Numbered from the stretch's first letter, positions 37,750 to 51,164 are shown. The stretch is DNA of 64,000 nt from Protoeuglena noctilucae (GCA_958009085.1 OY253685.1:186001-250000), one strand, 5' to 3'. A program made the numbers and translations. The notes: generated by a model from the sequence alone, not told the origin.

Positions 37750-40700
37750 ATGGCCACCCGCCTCCTGAGCGGGGCCGTGCTCGCCGCGACCCTATTCGCG
37801 CTTGGGAATGCCTCCTGCACGCGAAGCGATGTGGTCTTTACGGGTGCGGCGGGAGTCGTGTGCTGTGACGCATCCGTTGCTCAGCTCCGGGCCACGCTTT
37901 GCCCAATGCAATCCAATCGTCGAGCCTCCTCGTGCTGGCTCGCGCGCAGGAGGCTGCTCGCTGGTGGTGTCGACGAACCCGTACTTGGCGATCCATTGGC
38001 TGCCGTATGCCGCGTCGCAGCCCACCGTGCAGCTCGGCGTGGAGTCCTCGCCCGCCAGCTACTCCGCCGTATCCTTCGGTGGCAGCTCGGGCATGTCTGG
38101 CTCGTACGTCATCGCTGGCTCGAGCGGGGGCGTCGGTACGTACTACGCGGACGGGTACGTCACGCCCAGCGCCACCACCGACGTGACGATCAGCAACGCA
38201 TCCAGCAAGACCGTCAGCGGCCACATGGTCTGGAGCGCCACCGTGACGCGGAATATCCCCAACGTGAGAAGCAGGGACACTTAGCTAACTGCTGCTTGCC
38301 ACCTCGGCTATGACTCACTGCCCAGCGTGCTCTGCCACCCGCACTCGCAGGCCCCGTCCAAGAGCCTGGCAGAGAACCAAGGCAACAGTTTCTGGGTAGC
38401 CCTGGGCCCCTCCAGCTCCGTCACGGGCCTCGCTGCGGGACGGCACGTCTTTGCCACCTACGCGGGGTCAATCAACTTCAACGCAGGCAAGGCCCGTCAC
38501 CCTTCGCGCTTGCTGAGATAACACTTTATCCACCGACAGAGCCACTGATCGGAGAAGCCACCGGGACTCCACTCTCCTGCAGATGCCGCCTCCACCCCCA
38601 CACCCGCCCCGGACCCCGCTCCCACCCCTGCCGCCACGCCGTCCTCCACCGTGGCGCCGGGATCCTCACCCACCACACGGTCTACCCTGGCGTCCACCGC
38701 CGGACCCACCTCGACCTCCACCGCCACCCCCGGCCCCTCACCCCTCGCCTCGCCAACCTCGACCCCGACCGCCACCGCCACCGCTACCCCCCTCGCAACG
38801 CCGTCGGTACCCGCCCCGACGTCGCAAGGCATGGACGGCGGCAGGGACCACATGCCACCCTTCTTGACCCCAGCACCCTCCACGCCTGCCGCCAGCCCCA
38901 CGTCCTCAGCCGGGCCCTGTGGCTTCAGTGCTGTGTCTACTCTCTCTGGTTTCGCGTGCATGCGTAGCCTGGGCGGCGGCCTCACGGTCCATTGGTCCGA
39001 TGCGGCAAAGGCGCGGGCGGACCCACAGGGGACGATCAAGATGGCCGTGCAGGTGAGGGGCATGGGCTATCGACTACCCACCGTTGCTATACTCGACCGA
39101 CGCGTGTGTTGCTCGCGGTGGCTGCCTATGTGCCAGTTCGCTGGTGTGTTCTGGCACTCTCACAGGGATCCACTTGCCAGCCGTGGGCCATGGCTGACGC
39201 TGGCATCGTGTGCCTGTCGCAGGGTCCCGTGGCATCTTACCTCGCCTTCGGATGGTCTTCCTCGGGCAACATGGTCCCCGGCTACGCCGTCATCGGCACC
39301 TCCTCCGGGTCTGTCGCTGCGTACCAGATGACCGACTACAGCTCATCAGGGGTGACGCAGACGGGGCAATTCGCAGCCCAGGGCGGGGCGGTGACGACGA
39401 CGGGCGGCACCATGACGGTGGAGTTCACGCTAGCAACAGCCAACGTGCCCGTCCTCAACATCAGTGGCGCCAACGACGTGCTGTGGGCCGTGGGTCCGCC
39501 TGCGCGCCGCCGGCACCTCTCGCAGGGCCAGCTGCCCCAACACGTGAACATGGGGCGGGTGTCGATGCTGTTCGAGGGCAACGATCTGGCCGGGCACGGC
39601 GGCAAGCTGCCCATGTCGCGCAACGGGCGCATCATCCTCATCCACGCCTTCCTGGTCGGCCCCGCCTTCTCCGTCCTCATCACGGGGGGCTTCGTCATGC
39701 TCACCGCACGGGGACTGCGGCCGGGGCCCAGGTGAGAGAGGACGGTTGTTACAAGCATGCGGACTCTGGTACTGCGACGCACGCACCAGGGGCCCTGTTG
39801 CCAGTGCTGCCTGGCGCTATGAGCGCCACCACTCCTGACACCACTCCTGACTGTACCCTGCTGCCTCGCCCTCCTTGCACATCACATTGTCCCTGCACAT
39901 CACGCTCCTGCCCCAACCCTACTTCTGTCCCACCCCCGCAGCCGTGCGTTCTTTTTCAACGTCCACCGCGCCGTGCAAGCCCTCGCATCCTGCCTCGCCG
40001 TGGCTGGGGTCATTTACGTCGCCGTGCAGCCGCCCAAGTACAAGGGTCCGATGACCCAGGCGCACATCGCGCTCGGCATCGCCCTGGTCGCCGCTGCGGT
40101 CCTGCAGGCGAGGGTTGGTGGCACCAGCTGTGGTCAACCATGCACTGCCTGGCTGCCCCGTGATCACTTGCTCATGACAACGGACTTCAGGCTCACCAAT
40201 GCACATGTGCCGTCCACCTGCTTGCTCCCACCACATGCCCCTTTCTCATCTCTCGCCTCTGTCTCACAACGTAGGCACCTTCCCAGCCTCACCCACTGCG
40301 CCCCTCGCACCCCCTCCAGGTGGGCTCTGGCTTCCTGCGCCCCCCCATTCCTGCCGACTACGACAACAAGGGTCCCTGGCCCAAGCCCAGCCACCGCGCC
40401 AGGATTGCCTTTGAGATCGGCCACCGCTCCCTGGGGTGGCTCACCGTGGGTGGCGGCGTGGCCGAGTGTGCTCTGGGGATCATCATCGTGCAGCGGAACG
40501 GCAACGACGCCCTGCCCTACGTGCGCCCGGGGATCATCGCGTGCCTGGGTGAGTGTGGGTCACGGCTGGGGTCTGTTCATGCGTGTTGCGTGACAGCAGA
40601 AGGCAACATGTCCCAAGACGCAAGTTGCTCACACCTCCCCCCCCCTCGCAGCCTTTGCTTTCTTCCTCGGCGGCGTCGTCCTCTGTTTGAGGAAGGACCT

Positions 40701-41043
40701 CGTCATGTTCTTTGACGCGCCCCACGGCCAACCACCCATGCAACGCCCGGTGCAACACCGCAATACGCATCAGGATCGGGCTGCCTTAGACGCAGCCAGG
40801 CGGATGGCCGGCCCCCGCAGCCCTGGCCCCAGCGCCAATGCCGGCATGCGTGCCACCCCAGCTGCTGACTGGGACGCCCCAAGTCCTGTGGTGGTGGGCC
40901 AGCCTGTCGACCCACCTCCCTCCGCCCCTGTGCACCGCCACTCGCACCGTGAGGGACGCGGGGAGCAGTCACCACCACCCAGCAATACGCGGACCAGAAG
41001 GGACGTCCGGGACGGCGTGTGGCGCAACGTGGTGCATGTGTAA
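37750..41043 (+). CDS. Secretory-pathway cytochrome b561 with two DOMON domains (CYBDOM-like)
   Basis: Signal peptide MATRLLSGAVLAATLFALG. DOMON1 (AIHW..YSAVSF..GMSG..GRH), an S/T/P linker, and DOMON2 (TVHW..YLAFGW..GNMVP..VLWAVG..PQH). TM domain with four His residues (LIHAF, NVHR, QAHI, IGHR). Confidence 0.85.
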
Positions 41044-41698
41044 TCGACACAGCTTGCAGCACACAGCATGTCATATCTTAGATGGCCACCATGCCCTGCC
41101 ATTCTCGCGCGCCCGTCGCCGCGTCTTGGCGCATCCCACTTTTGCTTTTTGCCTGGAGAGGGCGGGGTTAGGGCCGCCACTTGTGCTAGCCTGGCTTAGG
41201 CGCAGTGCGCGTTATAGCACGCTGCATCGCTCCCGACCGGCCGCGCCTGTGCCTGCATCCCTGCATCTTGCGCCTTCCTGACTCAGTGCTTTGTCACTCC
41301 TGACGCTCTTGTTCAGTCTTGTTTGCGTCGGCATGTATGTCTGGATGGGTCCACACCCATGCCGCACCCATCCGGTCGCCTGTTCCTTCATTTTAAGCGG
41401 CATCCGCACATTTGAGCCTTAGATCACGCGCCATAGGTTCGATTCAATGCAGCGACTGCCAGTCATCGCCACGCAGCGACGCTTATTGCACAAGAGGCCC
41501 ACTGCTGACATGCACCGCCGCTCAGCAACCACAGCCCTACCCCAACCCCTTGCCGCTAAAACCAAAGCCCCCCCTGGTCACATCGCAGCCTCGCACCCTG
41601 TGCCATTCCATGTTCACATCTCAACTCTCACATCCGCTCTCACAACCGCCCGCAGTCCCCCCCAGTCTCCCCACATGCCACCACTCAGACCTGTGCCC

Positions 41699-44600
41699 CT
41701 ACCCCAGCGTTAGCGCCTGGTCACAGATCTCCCTCGTCTCTTTCAGGTGGATGCTGAGGCTAGCGGTGGCCGGGCTGGCAGAGGCGGGCCTCCCGCAGTA
41801 GTGCACCCGCCGTGGCTCCCGGCCCATGCGCGCGCACTGCTCCCTCATGGCAGCCGACAGCCTCGGCTTGACGTAGTTCCACGCCCCCATGTTCTTAGGC
41901 TCCTCCTGACACCACATCACCTCCGCTCCCTCGTACCGCCCCAAAATGCCCGTCAGCTTGTCGTGAGGGAAGGGCGCCACTTGCTCCAATCGCACCAACA
42001 CGATGTCCCGGATACGACGCTGCCGGCGCGCGTGCGACAGCTTGTAGTACACCTGACCGCAGCAGATGACCACGCGTCGCACCTGGTCGGCCGGGACCAG
42101 GTAGGGTTTACCCGTGCTGGGGTCCACGCCACTGTGGGGGATTTGAATAATAGTGGGGGTTTGAATAAATGAGCGAGGAGAGGGTTGAACGTTGTCAGTG
42201 CATTGTGACGGCAAAGGGTGAGGGATGAGGAAGACTCTCTCTGCTGTGAGGGGTTAGTGTGCATGGGCGTGGAATGGTCAGTGGTGTGAGTGCACGGCCT
42301 ACCAGCAAGCAAGTAACCGTCCCTCACTGATGCCTGGTGTTGTCCGATGGGTTGTTATCGTCGATGATCCGCTTGAAGAAGTGGCCCGGGGCGAAGTCGG
42401 CGAGGGCGGAGGTGCAGGGGCGGTGGTGGAGGAGGTACTTTGGGGAGAAGATGATGCAGGGCTTGGCGAAGGGGAGGTTGACCTGGCGACGCAGGGCGTG
42501 GAAATACTGGGCGGGCGTGGATGGCACCAGCACGTACATGTTGGCATTACGCTCGCTGTTGCGCCGGAGGTAGCTGGTCATCAGCTGCGTCCAGGACTCC
42601 CGCGTCAATGCTGCGTCCTCTGCCAGGCCCAGCTCCTGCCAGACCAGGTCGACCGCCTCGGTGGGGTTGAGGCCTTGGTCCTCCAGGAGACGCATCACAT
42701 CTGTGTGGGGGAAGAGAGGGTGGGGGTTGAGGTGAAGGTGGCAGTGGGGGTGGCAGTGAGGGAGGCAGTGGGGGTGGTGATATGGGTGGCAGTAAGGGTG
42801 GCAGTGGGGGTGGCAGGGAGGGTGACAGTGGGAGTGGCACTTAGGGTGGCAGTGGGGGTGACAGTGAACATACACAATGGACTGTCCTTACCCTTTGTTT
42901 AACAACAAACAAGGCACCAAGCCACAGCCACCCATGCCCATGCAACCTCCGCCACCACCACGCATCCTCACACCTGCTCGGTTGAGGTGGGGGTCCCCTC
43001 CCTTGCGTGTGATCTGCTCGAACGTGTCAGAGATGAGTTTCAGGTCCGCGGGGGAGTTGCCAGGCAGGAAGTCCGCATCGTCGTTCAGCAGCTGCAAGAA
43101 ACGCTCCATGCGAGCGCTCGAGTGGTCCGGCCCCTGCCCGTCATACCCGTGGGGCAGCAGCATGACCAGGTTCGTCTCCTGCCCCCACTTCTCCTCTCCC
43201 GATGATATGAACTCGTCCACCACCACCTGTGCCCCGTTGGCGAAATCCCCGAACTGCGCCTCCCATATCGTCAGCCCCCTCCGCCGCATGCCCAGGGAAT
43301 AGCCGTACTCGAAAGCCAGCGTCGCGCCCTCGTTCAGCACGCTGTTGTGAAGCATGACCGGCTCCTGCCGGGGACTGATGTTGCTGAGGGGCACGTATCG
43401 CTCGGCGGACGTCTGGTCAAACACCGCAAAGTGGCGCTGGTTGAAGGTGCCGCGCTCCACGTCCTGACCGGACAGCCGGACCTTGTAGTGGCCGCGGTTG
43501 AGGCCCAGGGCGGGGTCGAAGTATCGATCCTTTTCCTCCTGGGGGGTAAAAGGACGAGCGGGAAATGAGGTGTCGCATGGTGCGATCTTAAGATGGTGGG
43601 AATGGCTGTAGATGGCTGACTTTTGACAAAGCAGCAGAGGCATGACAGGGGTGCGGGGAGGGTTGTTAAAGGGCCACCATCCATCGCCACCCATCCACCC
43701 CAGTCATCCCCCTACTTTACTCGCCTGGCTCAGGTCCTCCCAGTCCGGCGGCTTCACCCCCTGCCGCAGCGCCAGCGTCCCGAACGCCAGCGCCTCCGCC
43801 ATGGCCCAGTCCACGCGAGACGAGGGGCCCTCCACCATCTTGCGCCGGCGGGCGTACAGGTCCGCCACCGTGTCGTGGAGCGTGATGGAGTCAGGGACTG
43901 CGAGAAGAGATGAGAGTGGTGTCATGAGAGTGTGATGGAGTCAGGGACTGCGAGGAGACCAGTGGAAGTGGGAGTGGTGTTTTGCAGAGTGACCAAACTG
44001 ACCAGCTGCATGTCACCCGTGCACGTAGCCATCTCACCCAACCCCTCGCCCCTCACCCGTGCACGTCCTCTCCCCCACCCATGCGAGCGTCGGGATGGGC
44101 AGCCCCGTGTTCTCCTGGTACCAGGTGTCGCTGTCACCCTCCTGGGCAATGGCAGCCAGGGCGCTCGCCTGCCACGTGTTCGTCACCCACTCTGCGGAGA
44201 ACGAGGAATGGGGAGTTACAAGTTGTAACTAGAAGAGCCGGCTGTGTTGCATCATTAACACTTTCGTTTGTCAACGACCCCTCATCTCCACATCCCACCC
44301 TCACACCCTGACACACTCACAGCAATCCAACACTCTCTCACCCACCTCACCCTGCCACCCTGACACCATCACAACACCCCCACACTCCCTCACCCGACTC
44401 CCCCTTCGTGAACTCCCCCGCCCGGTGCTGCTCGTACCCCTTCTCCAATTCCTGCACCAGGTGCCTCTGCCACATGTCCACCTCCTCCTGCGTCACCACC
44501 CCCTCCGCGATCAGACGCTGGCGGTAGCGGTGCAGCACGGGAGGGTGGGCGCGGACGCGGGCGTACGTTATGGGGAGGCAGGGGGAGGGGTCCTCTAATT

Positions 44601-47218
44601 CGTTGTGGCCGTGGCGACGGTAGCCGACGATGTCCACCACCGCGTCCGTCTGCAGAGACGGGGTGGGGTGCGTAGGAGAGAGGTGGGGGGCGTGAGTGCG
44701 TGCGTGTTGGGTGGGTGACGGCGGTGGGGTGACGTGCGTCGACGCGAGTGGTGGTGCTAATTGGGTCGGATTGGGTGGAAAGCAAAGCAGTAACGATCGC
44801 AGCGATGGCAATCGTACCTCTCTGCCACCTGTCAGTCGCCCCATTCACTCACTTGTACCGTGCACCCCACCTCGTTCGCCAACTAGTACTACTACCAACT
44901 GATAGTACCACTACCACTCTAAACTCACCAGGAACTTCTGCCGGAACTCCGCCGCGATCTCGCAGGCCTTCCACACGGCCTCGGGGTCGTCCGCATTGGC
45001 GTGCAGCACAGCGGCACCGATGACCTTGGCGATGTCGGTGCAGTGCACCCCGGACCGCCCCTCCCTGGGCACCGTCGTGAAGCCCACTTGATTGTTGATC
45101 ACCACGTGCACTGTGCCGCCGCTCGTGTACCCGGGGGTGCCAGATAGAGACAGTGCCTCATAGACGCCCCCCAAAGCCGCAAACGCAGCGTCGCCGTGGA
45201 TCAGCAGCCCCATGATGCGCGACTGCCGGTCGCGGTCGGTGCGGAGCGATCGCAGGCGGGCCTGCTGCGCCCGCACCATGCCCATGACCACCGGCCCCAC
45301 CGCCTCGAGATGGCTCGGGTTGGGAGCCAAACTGAGGTCTAACTGCAGGATGCCGTCCTCGTCATGGGGCTCGGCCGCGGCACGCGCGTCGTCCGCGCCG
45401 CCCTCCCGCCGCACCCACGAGGGGAAGAAGGAGTACTTGCCCTGGTTGCCCATGTGATACTTCACATCCCCCACGTGCACCTCGCTAAAGGCGCCCTCCA
45501 TCTCGGAGCATATCAGGCCCATGGGCTTGCGCAGCACGTTGTGGAGCACGTTCAGGCGGCCGCGGTGGGCCATGCCCATCTCGACGCGCGTCACGCCCAG
45601 CTCCGCGCACCGGCGGGCAATGGCCTCCAAACCTAAAGGGGCGGTGGAGTTGATGTTGAGTTGAGGGTGAACAGGATGCGGTATATGTGCTGATTGCATG
45701 GGCAGGAGTAGAAAGGGTGGAGGATAGGTACGGGCGGAGTGGGTTTTCAGCACGGTGCCCCGCTAATCTTTGCCAGAGTCTCACCTGGGATGACGGCCTC
45801 GCACCCCTCGATGCCGAATCGTTTGCTGGACGGGAAGTGCTTCCCCAATACGTGCTCGAAGGCGTGGACTCTCATGAGGGAGAACAGCAGGTCTCTCCTC
45901 ACGTGGCGCGGCAATGGACGCCGATGCTCCACCGCCCTCGCCAGCCACTCCTGCTGCTCGGCCGTGTGCAGGTGCGTCATCTCCGCCGTCAGCGTGCGGC
46001 TGCGTGACGGGGAGAGGCAGCGACCGAGGTGGGGTCACCAGGGCACCAGGCATGCAAGTGGCGTGGACGACGCGTGGGGACACGCACTGGCCAGCCGAGC
46101 CATGGCATCTATGAGTCGCATACCCCCAGCGCGACTACGACCTCCCCGCCCCTCACCAGTACGCGTTGCGCATGAACTCGAACAGCTCCGGCAGCTGCCA
46201 CCAGTCCTGGGGCTCCCTGGCCTTGGCACGGTCCCAGGGGTTCGGCTTCACGCCCTCCTCGGCCGGCCGCTGCACGGCCCCGTTCACGAACCACCGCCGT
46301 TCTGGGTCCACGGCACCCTCCAGGCCCAGGCGGTCCGCGAGGTACTCTGCGCGGGCCTGCAGCGTGGCGCCCTGGGGGTAGTCCTCAATCAGGGCCAGCA
46401 GTTGCGTGGCGTCCGGCCACACGTACTGGTTCTTTTCGTGGAAGTAAGGGCCGCGGCCGGTCAGGCCCGGGCGGCGGAGGGGGTCCAGGACGGCCACGAG
46501 GTGGCCCTTGGTGCGGAACTGCTGCACCATGCCCACCACCTGGGGCCAGGGTGCGGGGCGAGGATCGTCAGGTTGCCGCCGCGGCGATACGAGGCATGGT
46601 TGGGATGGAGATGGCCAGCTCGATAGAAATGCCAACGAGTGGTCCGACGATTAGGGCGGTGAGGGCTCCGGGGCCGCAAGCGCTCGCCTTGAGGGTGTTT
46701 GCCACGACGTCACGTTCAGCATCGGGCCCGGGCGCGGACGAGCTCGCGTAGAGCCCCGAGGCCGCGCGAGGGAGTACTTCCGCCTTTACTGCGCTCTCTG
46801 GACTCTCGGGCGAGGCCCCGTTCGCCGGAGACGCGACGCTTGGGGCCGTGGCAGGGGCACCGGACAGCAGGCGAGGAATCCCCGCGCTGCGACGGAGGGA
46901 CGAAGTTGAGCCCGTGAGGAGAAACGGGAGGCGCTACAGGCGCTGGGACGAGACCCGACGCGGACGCATGGGCATCGGAACTCGCTGCACCCATGCATCG
47001 ACGCTGGGCCCTCCAGAAGCCCCGGCAATCTTGGCCAAAAAGTTCGCGATTGCTGACGCTTGTCCTACAGAAGCCAGATCCGGCGCAAAGACGTCCACGG
47101 TGAATCTTCCGCGCACCACTGCGGCGCGGCAAGGCGCGCATTTGCTCACCTGGTCAGGGCGGTCCCCACGCGTCCCTGTCCCCTGGCTCCCCCACCGGCT
47201 CGCCAAATATGCAACCAT
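41699..47218 (-). CDS. 2-oxoglutarate/2-oxoadipate dehydrogenase E1-like protein (divergent), ~11 exons
   Basis: [91 protein letters not shown], and [12 protein letters not shown]. Confidence 0.92.
42717..42866. repeat. Intronic 12-bp minisatellite (GGGTGGCAGTRR-like units)
   Basis: About 12 imperfect tandem units such as gggtggcagtgg, gggtggcagtga and gggtggcagtaa lie inside an E1 intron. Confidence 0.85.
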
Positions 47219-47746
47219 ACGAGGCCCTTCGGCCCGCGAAGCCCCCAGTGGCCAGCCATCACGACGACGCTGGGCGCGGAAGGGCAACAACCTCCAGCGA
47301 CGCGAGCGCCCCACGTCCGGCCATGCCCTTGCTACAATCGCGATAAACGGAGGTGCAGGGCCGAGGTGTGGTCGCTGAGGGCGGCCCGAGTCCTCGTCTT
47401 GGGCCGCGGGTCAAAAAACGGTTGTGCTGACGCTCCGAGAGGGCGTTGGACAAGCACATGTGTCGAGCGTCCAAAACTTTGACGATTTCGGGCGCGTATG
47501 AGTTCCGCGACGGCTCACGGGTACCCAGGAGCTCAGACCAGCAAACAGCAGAAACGTCAGTAGAGCCTGCTGGTGCGCGCCCCCTCATCTGGCAGCCAGG
47601 CGTGGCGACCTGCTCGTCGCCACATCCAGTCCATTCGCCTTGAGGGCCAGCGGTGTTCGATGCCGGAAAAGAGGCTTCAACTTCACCACGCTTCCATTCA
47701 AATACTGATGAGCCCCCGATGAGCCCTTGCGACGTGCACCGGCGCC

Positions 47747-50461
47747 CTAGCGCACGGGGACGATGTCATCGATCTTCAGGATCATGCGCACGCACTCGGC
47801 CGCGAGCGACAGGGCCGACGACGACACGAGCAGCGGCTGGATGACGTTCTCCTCCCACATGTCCGACACGGTCCCCTTGCGGACGTTGAGGCCCGCGTTC
47901 TTGTTCCCCCGCGCGTGCTCCTGCCTGCGAACGCGAGACGGGACGCGACCTCGTCGCCCCCCCGGCTCCATGCCACGCAGCGCGGCCGGTGCACCGCGCC
48001 CCGTTCCCGCACCTGAGCGTGGTCACGATGTGGATGGGGTCCAACCCCGAGTTCTCCGCCAGGGTGTAGGGGACGATCTCGAGGGCCTCCGCGAACGCCC
48101 GCACGCACACGCTCTCCATGCCCTGCAGCGTCTGCGCCCACTCTGACAGCCGCAGCGACACCTCGACCTCGGGGGCCGCCCCGCCGGCGATGAGGTAGCG
48201 CTTGTGGACAATCGACCGCACCACGCACAGCGCGTCGTGCAGCGACCGGTCCGCCTCGTCCAGCATGAGCTTGTTGGAGCCCCGCAGCAGCACCGTGGCG
48301 GTGCGGCCCTGGAAACCCGGCTGCCCCTGCGAGCGAGAGAGTTGGGATGGGTCCGCGTTAGTACAGCGACTCGCTGGGTGTATATCAGCAGGCCTGTCGA
48401 GCACCATGCTCTGCCAAAAGAGCCAACGCGCACCGTCGATGCACAACACCACACCTGCTTCTGGATCCCCACGACCTTGACGACCTTGCCCGCGTCCAGC
48501 GACACCTCGTGGACCAGCGCGGCCGAGGCCAGGCGCTCGGGCTTGAGCGAGTCGACGTGGGCGACCGGGGCGACCCCCAGCGTCTTGGAGATGAAGGCCA
48601 CGTCCTCCCTCTCAATGTCCTTGATCACCATGATCTTGGCCTTGGCCATGTAGTGCAGCGCAAGGTCCGAGACGGCGTCGCGGAGGATCGACTTCTGGAT
48701 GAGCAGCACGTTGCACCCGGTGGCCTTGATCGCCTTCACCATCTTGAGGATGTAGTTGCGCTCCTCCTTCAGGATGCGGTCCATGTCCTTGTAGTCCGAC
48801 ACCACCACGTTCATGTCCAGGTCCGACTTGGGCGGGGAGATGTGGAACTGCACCAGCGCAATGCGGGCGTCCTCGACCCGCGTGGGGGCCCCACCCACCG
48901 CCGACGCCTTCTGCGTGAACACCAGCCCGTCCACCATCTCTGAGTCGTCCACTGCGGGAGGCGGGAGGTGGGGGGTTGGCACATGTCACGGGGGCGATAC
49001 ATGATGCGCAATGCACGCCGTGAAGGGTGCGGTGTGGGGCTGGGCCAGTCTCCGCCGCGCAACGCAGGCTCGCCTGTGCCCCCCTGCTTCTTGACGATCT
49101 TGACGTCCCTCAGGTCCACCGAGTCCGGCCGTGCGGGGTCCATGACGCGCAGGATGCAGTCGACGGCCATGGGGGCCAGGAGCGAGGCGTGTTGGCTGAC
49201 GACCTTGGAGTTGAGGGACGTGGAGGCGGCCTTGAGGAGGTTGGCCCTGCGGGTGTCGGAAACGCGGAGAGCTCGCAAACCAGGCGGGGCGGCCCCGCAA
49301 GGGTGGGCCTTGGTTGTTGTGGTGGCAGGCAGTGGGTGGGCGCCGCACCGGTCGCTCAGGTCGACGGGCTGGGACATGCTGAGGAGGATCTCGTCGGCCT
49401 TCTTGGCCGCGGAGTAGAAGGCGTCCGAGATGACGGTCGGGTGGATGCCCTTCTGGATGAGGTTCATGCAGCGCTTGAGGAGCGAGCCACAGATGACCGT
49501 CACGGTTGTGGTGCCGTCACCCGCCTGCGGATGGCGCGGGCAGGAGAGCGATGTCCCGTTGCGCTGCAAGCCCCGCAGCGACGATGGCTAGGCGCGCAGC
49601 GGCAGGGGCAAGCGAGATGACGCAGCAGCCTCGCCTGCACGTCCTGTGCCTTGGCCAGCTCCACCAGCATCTTGGCGGCGGGCTGCTGCACCATCATGCG
49701 ATCCAGGATCGTCGCCCCGTCGTTCGTAATGAGCACCTCCCCGCTGTCCTGCGCGATCATCTTGTCTGCGCATGGCGGGGACGTGCTAGTTGGTGAGCAA
49801 AGCCCAGCGGCACGTTCGCGCGTGGGCGCGGGACCGGCGCGAGATTCACCCATCCCCCTCGGCCCCAAAGACGTGCGGACGGCGTCCGCGACGGCCTTGG
49901 CGGCCTCGATGTTCGTCAATCGCACATCCTTCGCCTTCGACGCCTCCCTGCGGGTACGCGGCCGCGCGTGAGGGATCTCGGCATGCCTTTGTACGATGGT
50001 AGCTAATAACGATTGCGAAGGGTGCGGCGCGATCGCGAGGAGCGCGGAATCAGGAGAAGGAACGGAGCGACGTGCACAACGGTGCCCCTCGCGGACCCGG
50101 CGAAAGGAGGGAAGGCGCTTAGCACACCACATCATGCAAAGGTCCACGGCGCACTGGCCGGGGATCGCGAGATCTTGTGCCGCCCCTTCCTCGGGACGCA
50201 GCTAGAAATAGTCTGCGCGCTGTTCCCACAGGCCTCGCCCAGGGGACGCGCGGGGTCGCGCGAGCGATCCCCACCGGTATTCCGTCATCCAAACGTGAAC
50301 GCGGAATAGGAAATCTCGCAAGAGATGCGCTAGGGTCCGCGGTAGCGCCTGCCATGGGCAGGGCGGGGCAGATGACCCCGCCACGAACGGTAGAGTCGGA
50401 TGCATCGTATACAAGCTCGCGCTCACTTGAAGGCCCGCTCCTTGGGCTTGGCCTGCACCAT
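47747..50461 (-). CDS. CCT4: T-complex protein 1 subunit delta (chaperonin CCT4), 8 exons
   Basis: [78 protein letters not shown], and C-terminal [14 protein letters not shown]. Confidence 0.95.
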
Positions 50462-51164
50462 TTCCCGCCCGAACCCTCTCCGAACCTCCACCCGCTGCCG
50501 CTTTTCCCCTGCTCAGGCGCTGGTATGGCACGAAACTCAAACGGCGTGATCTTGTGGCCGTAATTGCCGCGGGAGATCGAAAGGACGGGCGGGTGGGCAG
50601 GTGCGACCCTACTGGCAGGAACCTGCCATCGCCTGGGCGGGTTTCCCGATTCGATCTTATGTCAGATAGCCAGTTTTCGGGGCGAGGAGGCGCGGCGACG
50701 TTCCCCCAGCTGTGTCTGCAGGTGGGGGTGCTGGCCACGCGCACGCGGCATGCTTGCGTGGGCTAGGGGCTGGGCAGCTCTGACAAACTGTCGCTGACTT
50801 CAAACTGGAGAATGAACCCACGGACGCTAGGCATTCATCTACGAGGCTCGGTGGATTGGCGCATACTCGTATGCGCGCCTTGGCGGACTAGGCAGGCCTC
50901 GGTGGGAACGCAAAGAGCAAACGGGATAGCAGCACTGGCAGCTGCCACTGTCACACCTACATGGCAGCACTGCACAGCCGCCACCATTGCACGAAACGGA
51001 TGGCGCGTGCTCGGTGCAAGGACAGCTAAGACACACGAGCGCGTGCTTACGCTTATGACACGCGCTCTACGCAGCCACGCATCACGCAACAAGAAGTCTG
51101 CATAATCACCCTTACGGTGCCGCATGAGCCACCTGAACAAGACACCACTGCGGTGGTAACGGCA

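Noticed and set aside
41410..41460. tRNA-like T-loop GGTTCGATTC
   Set aside because: There is no T-stem, acceptor stem or D/anticodon arms around it.
42695..42877. His/Cys-rich HCHP-repeat metal-binding peptide ORF
   Set aside because: It is the translation of the 12-bp minisatellite inside a GT-AG intron of the E1 gene.
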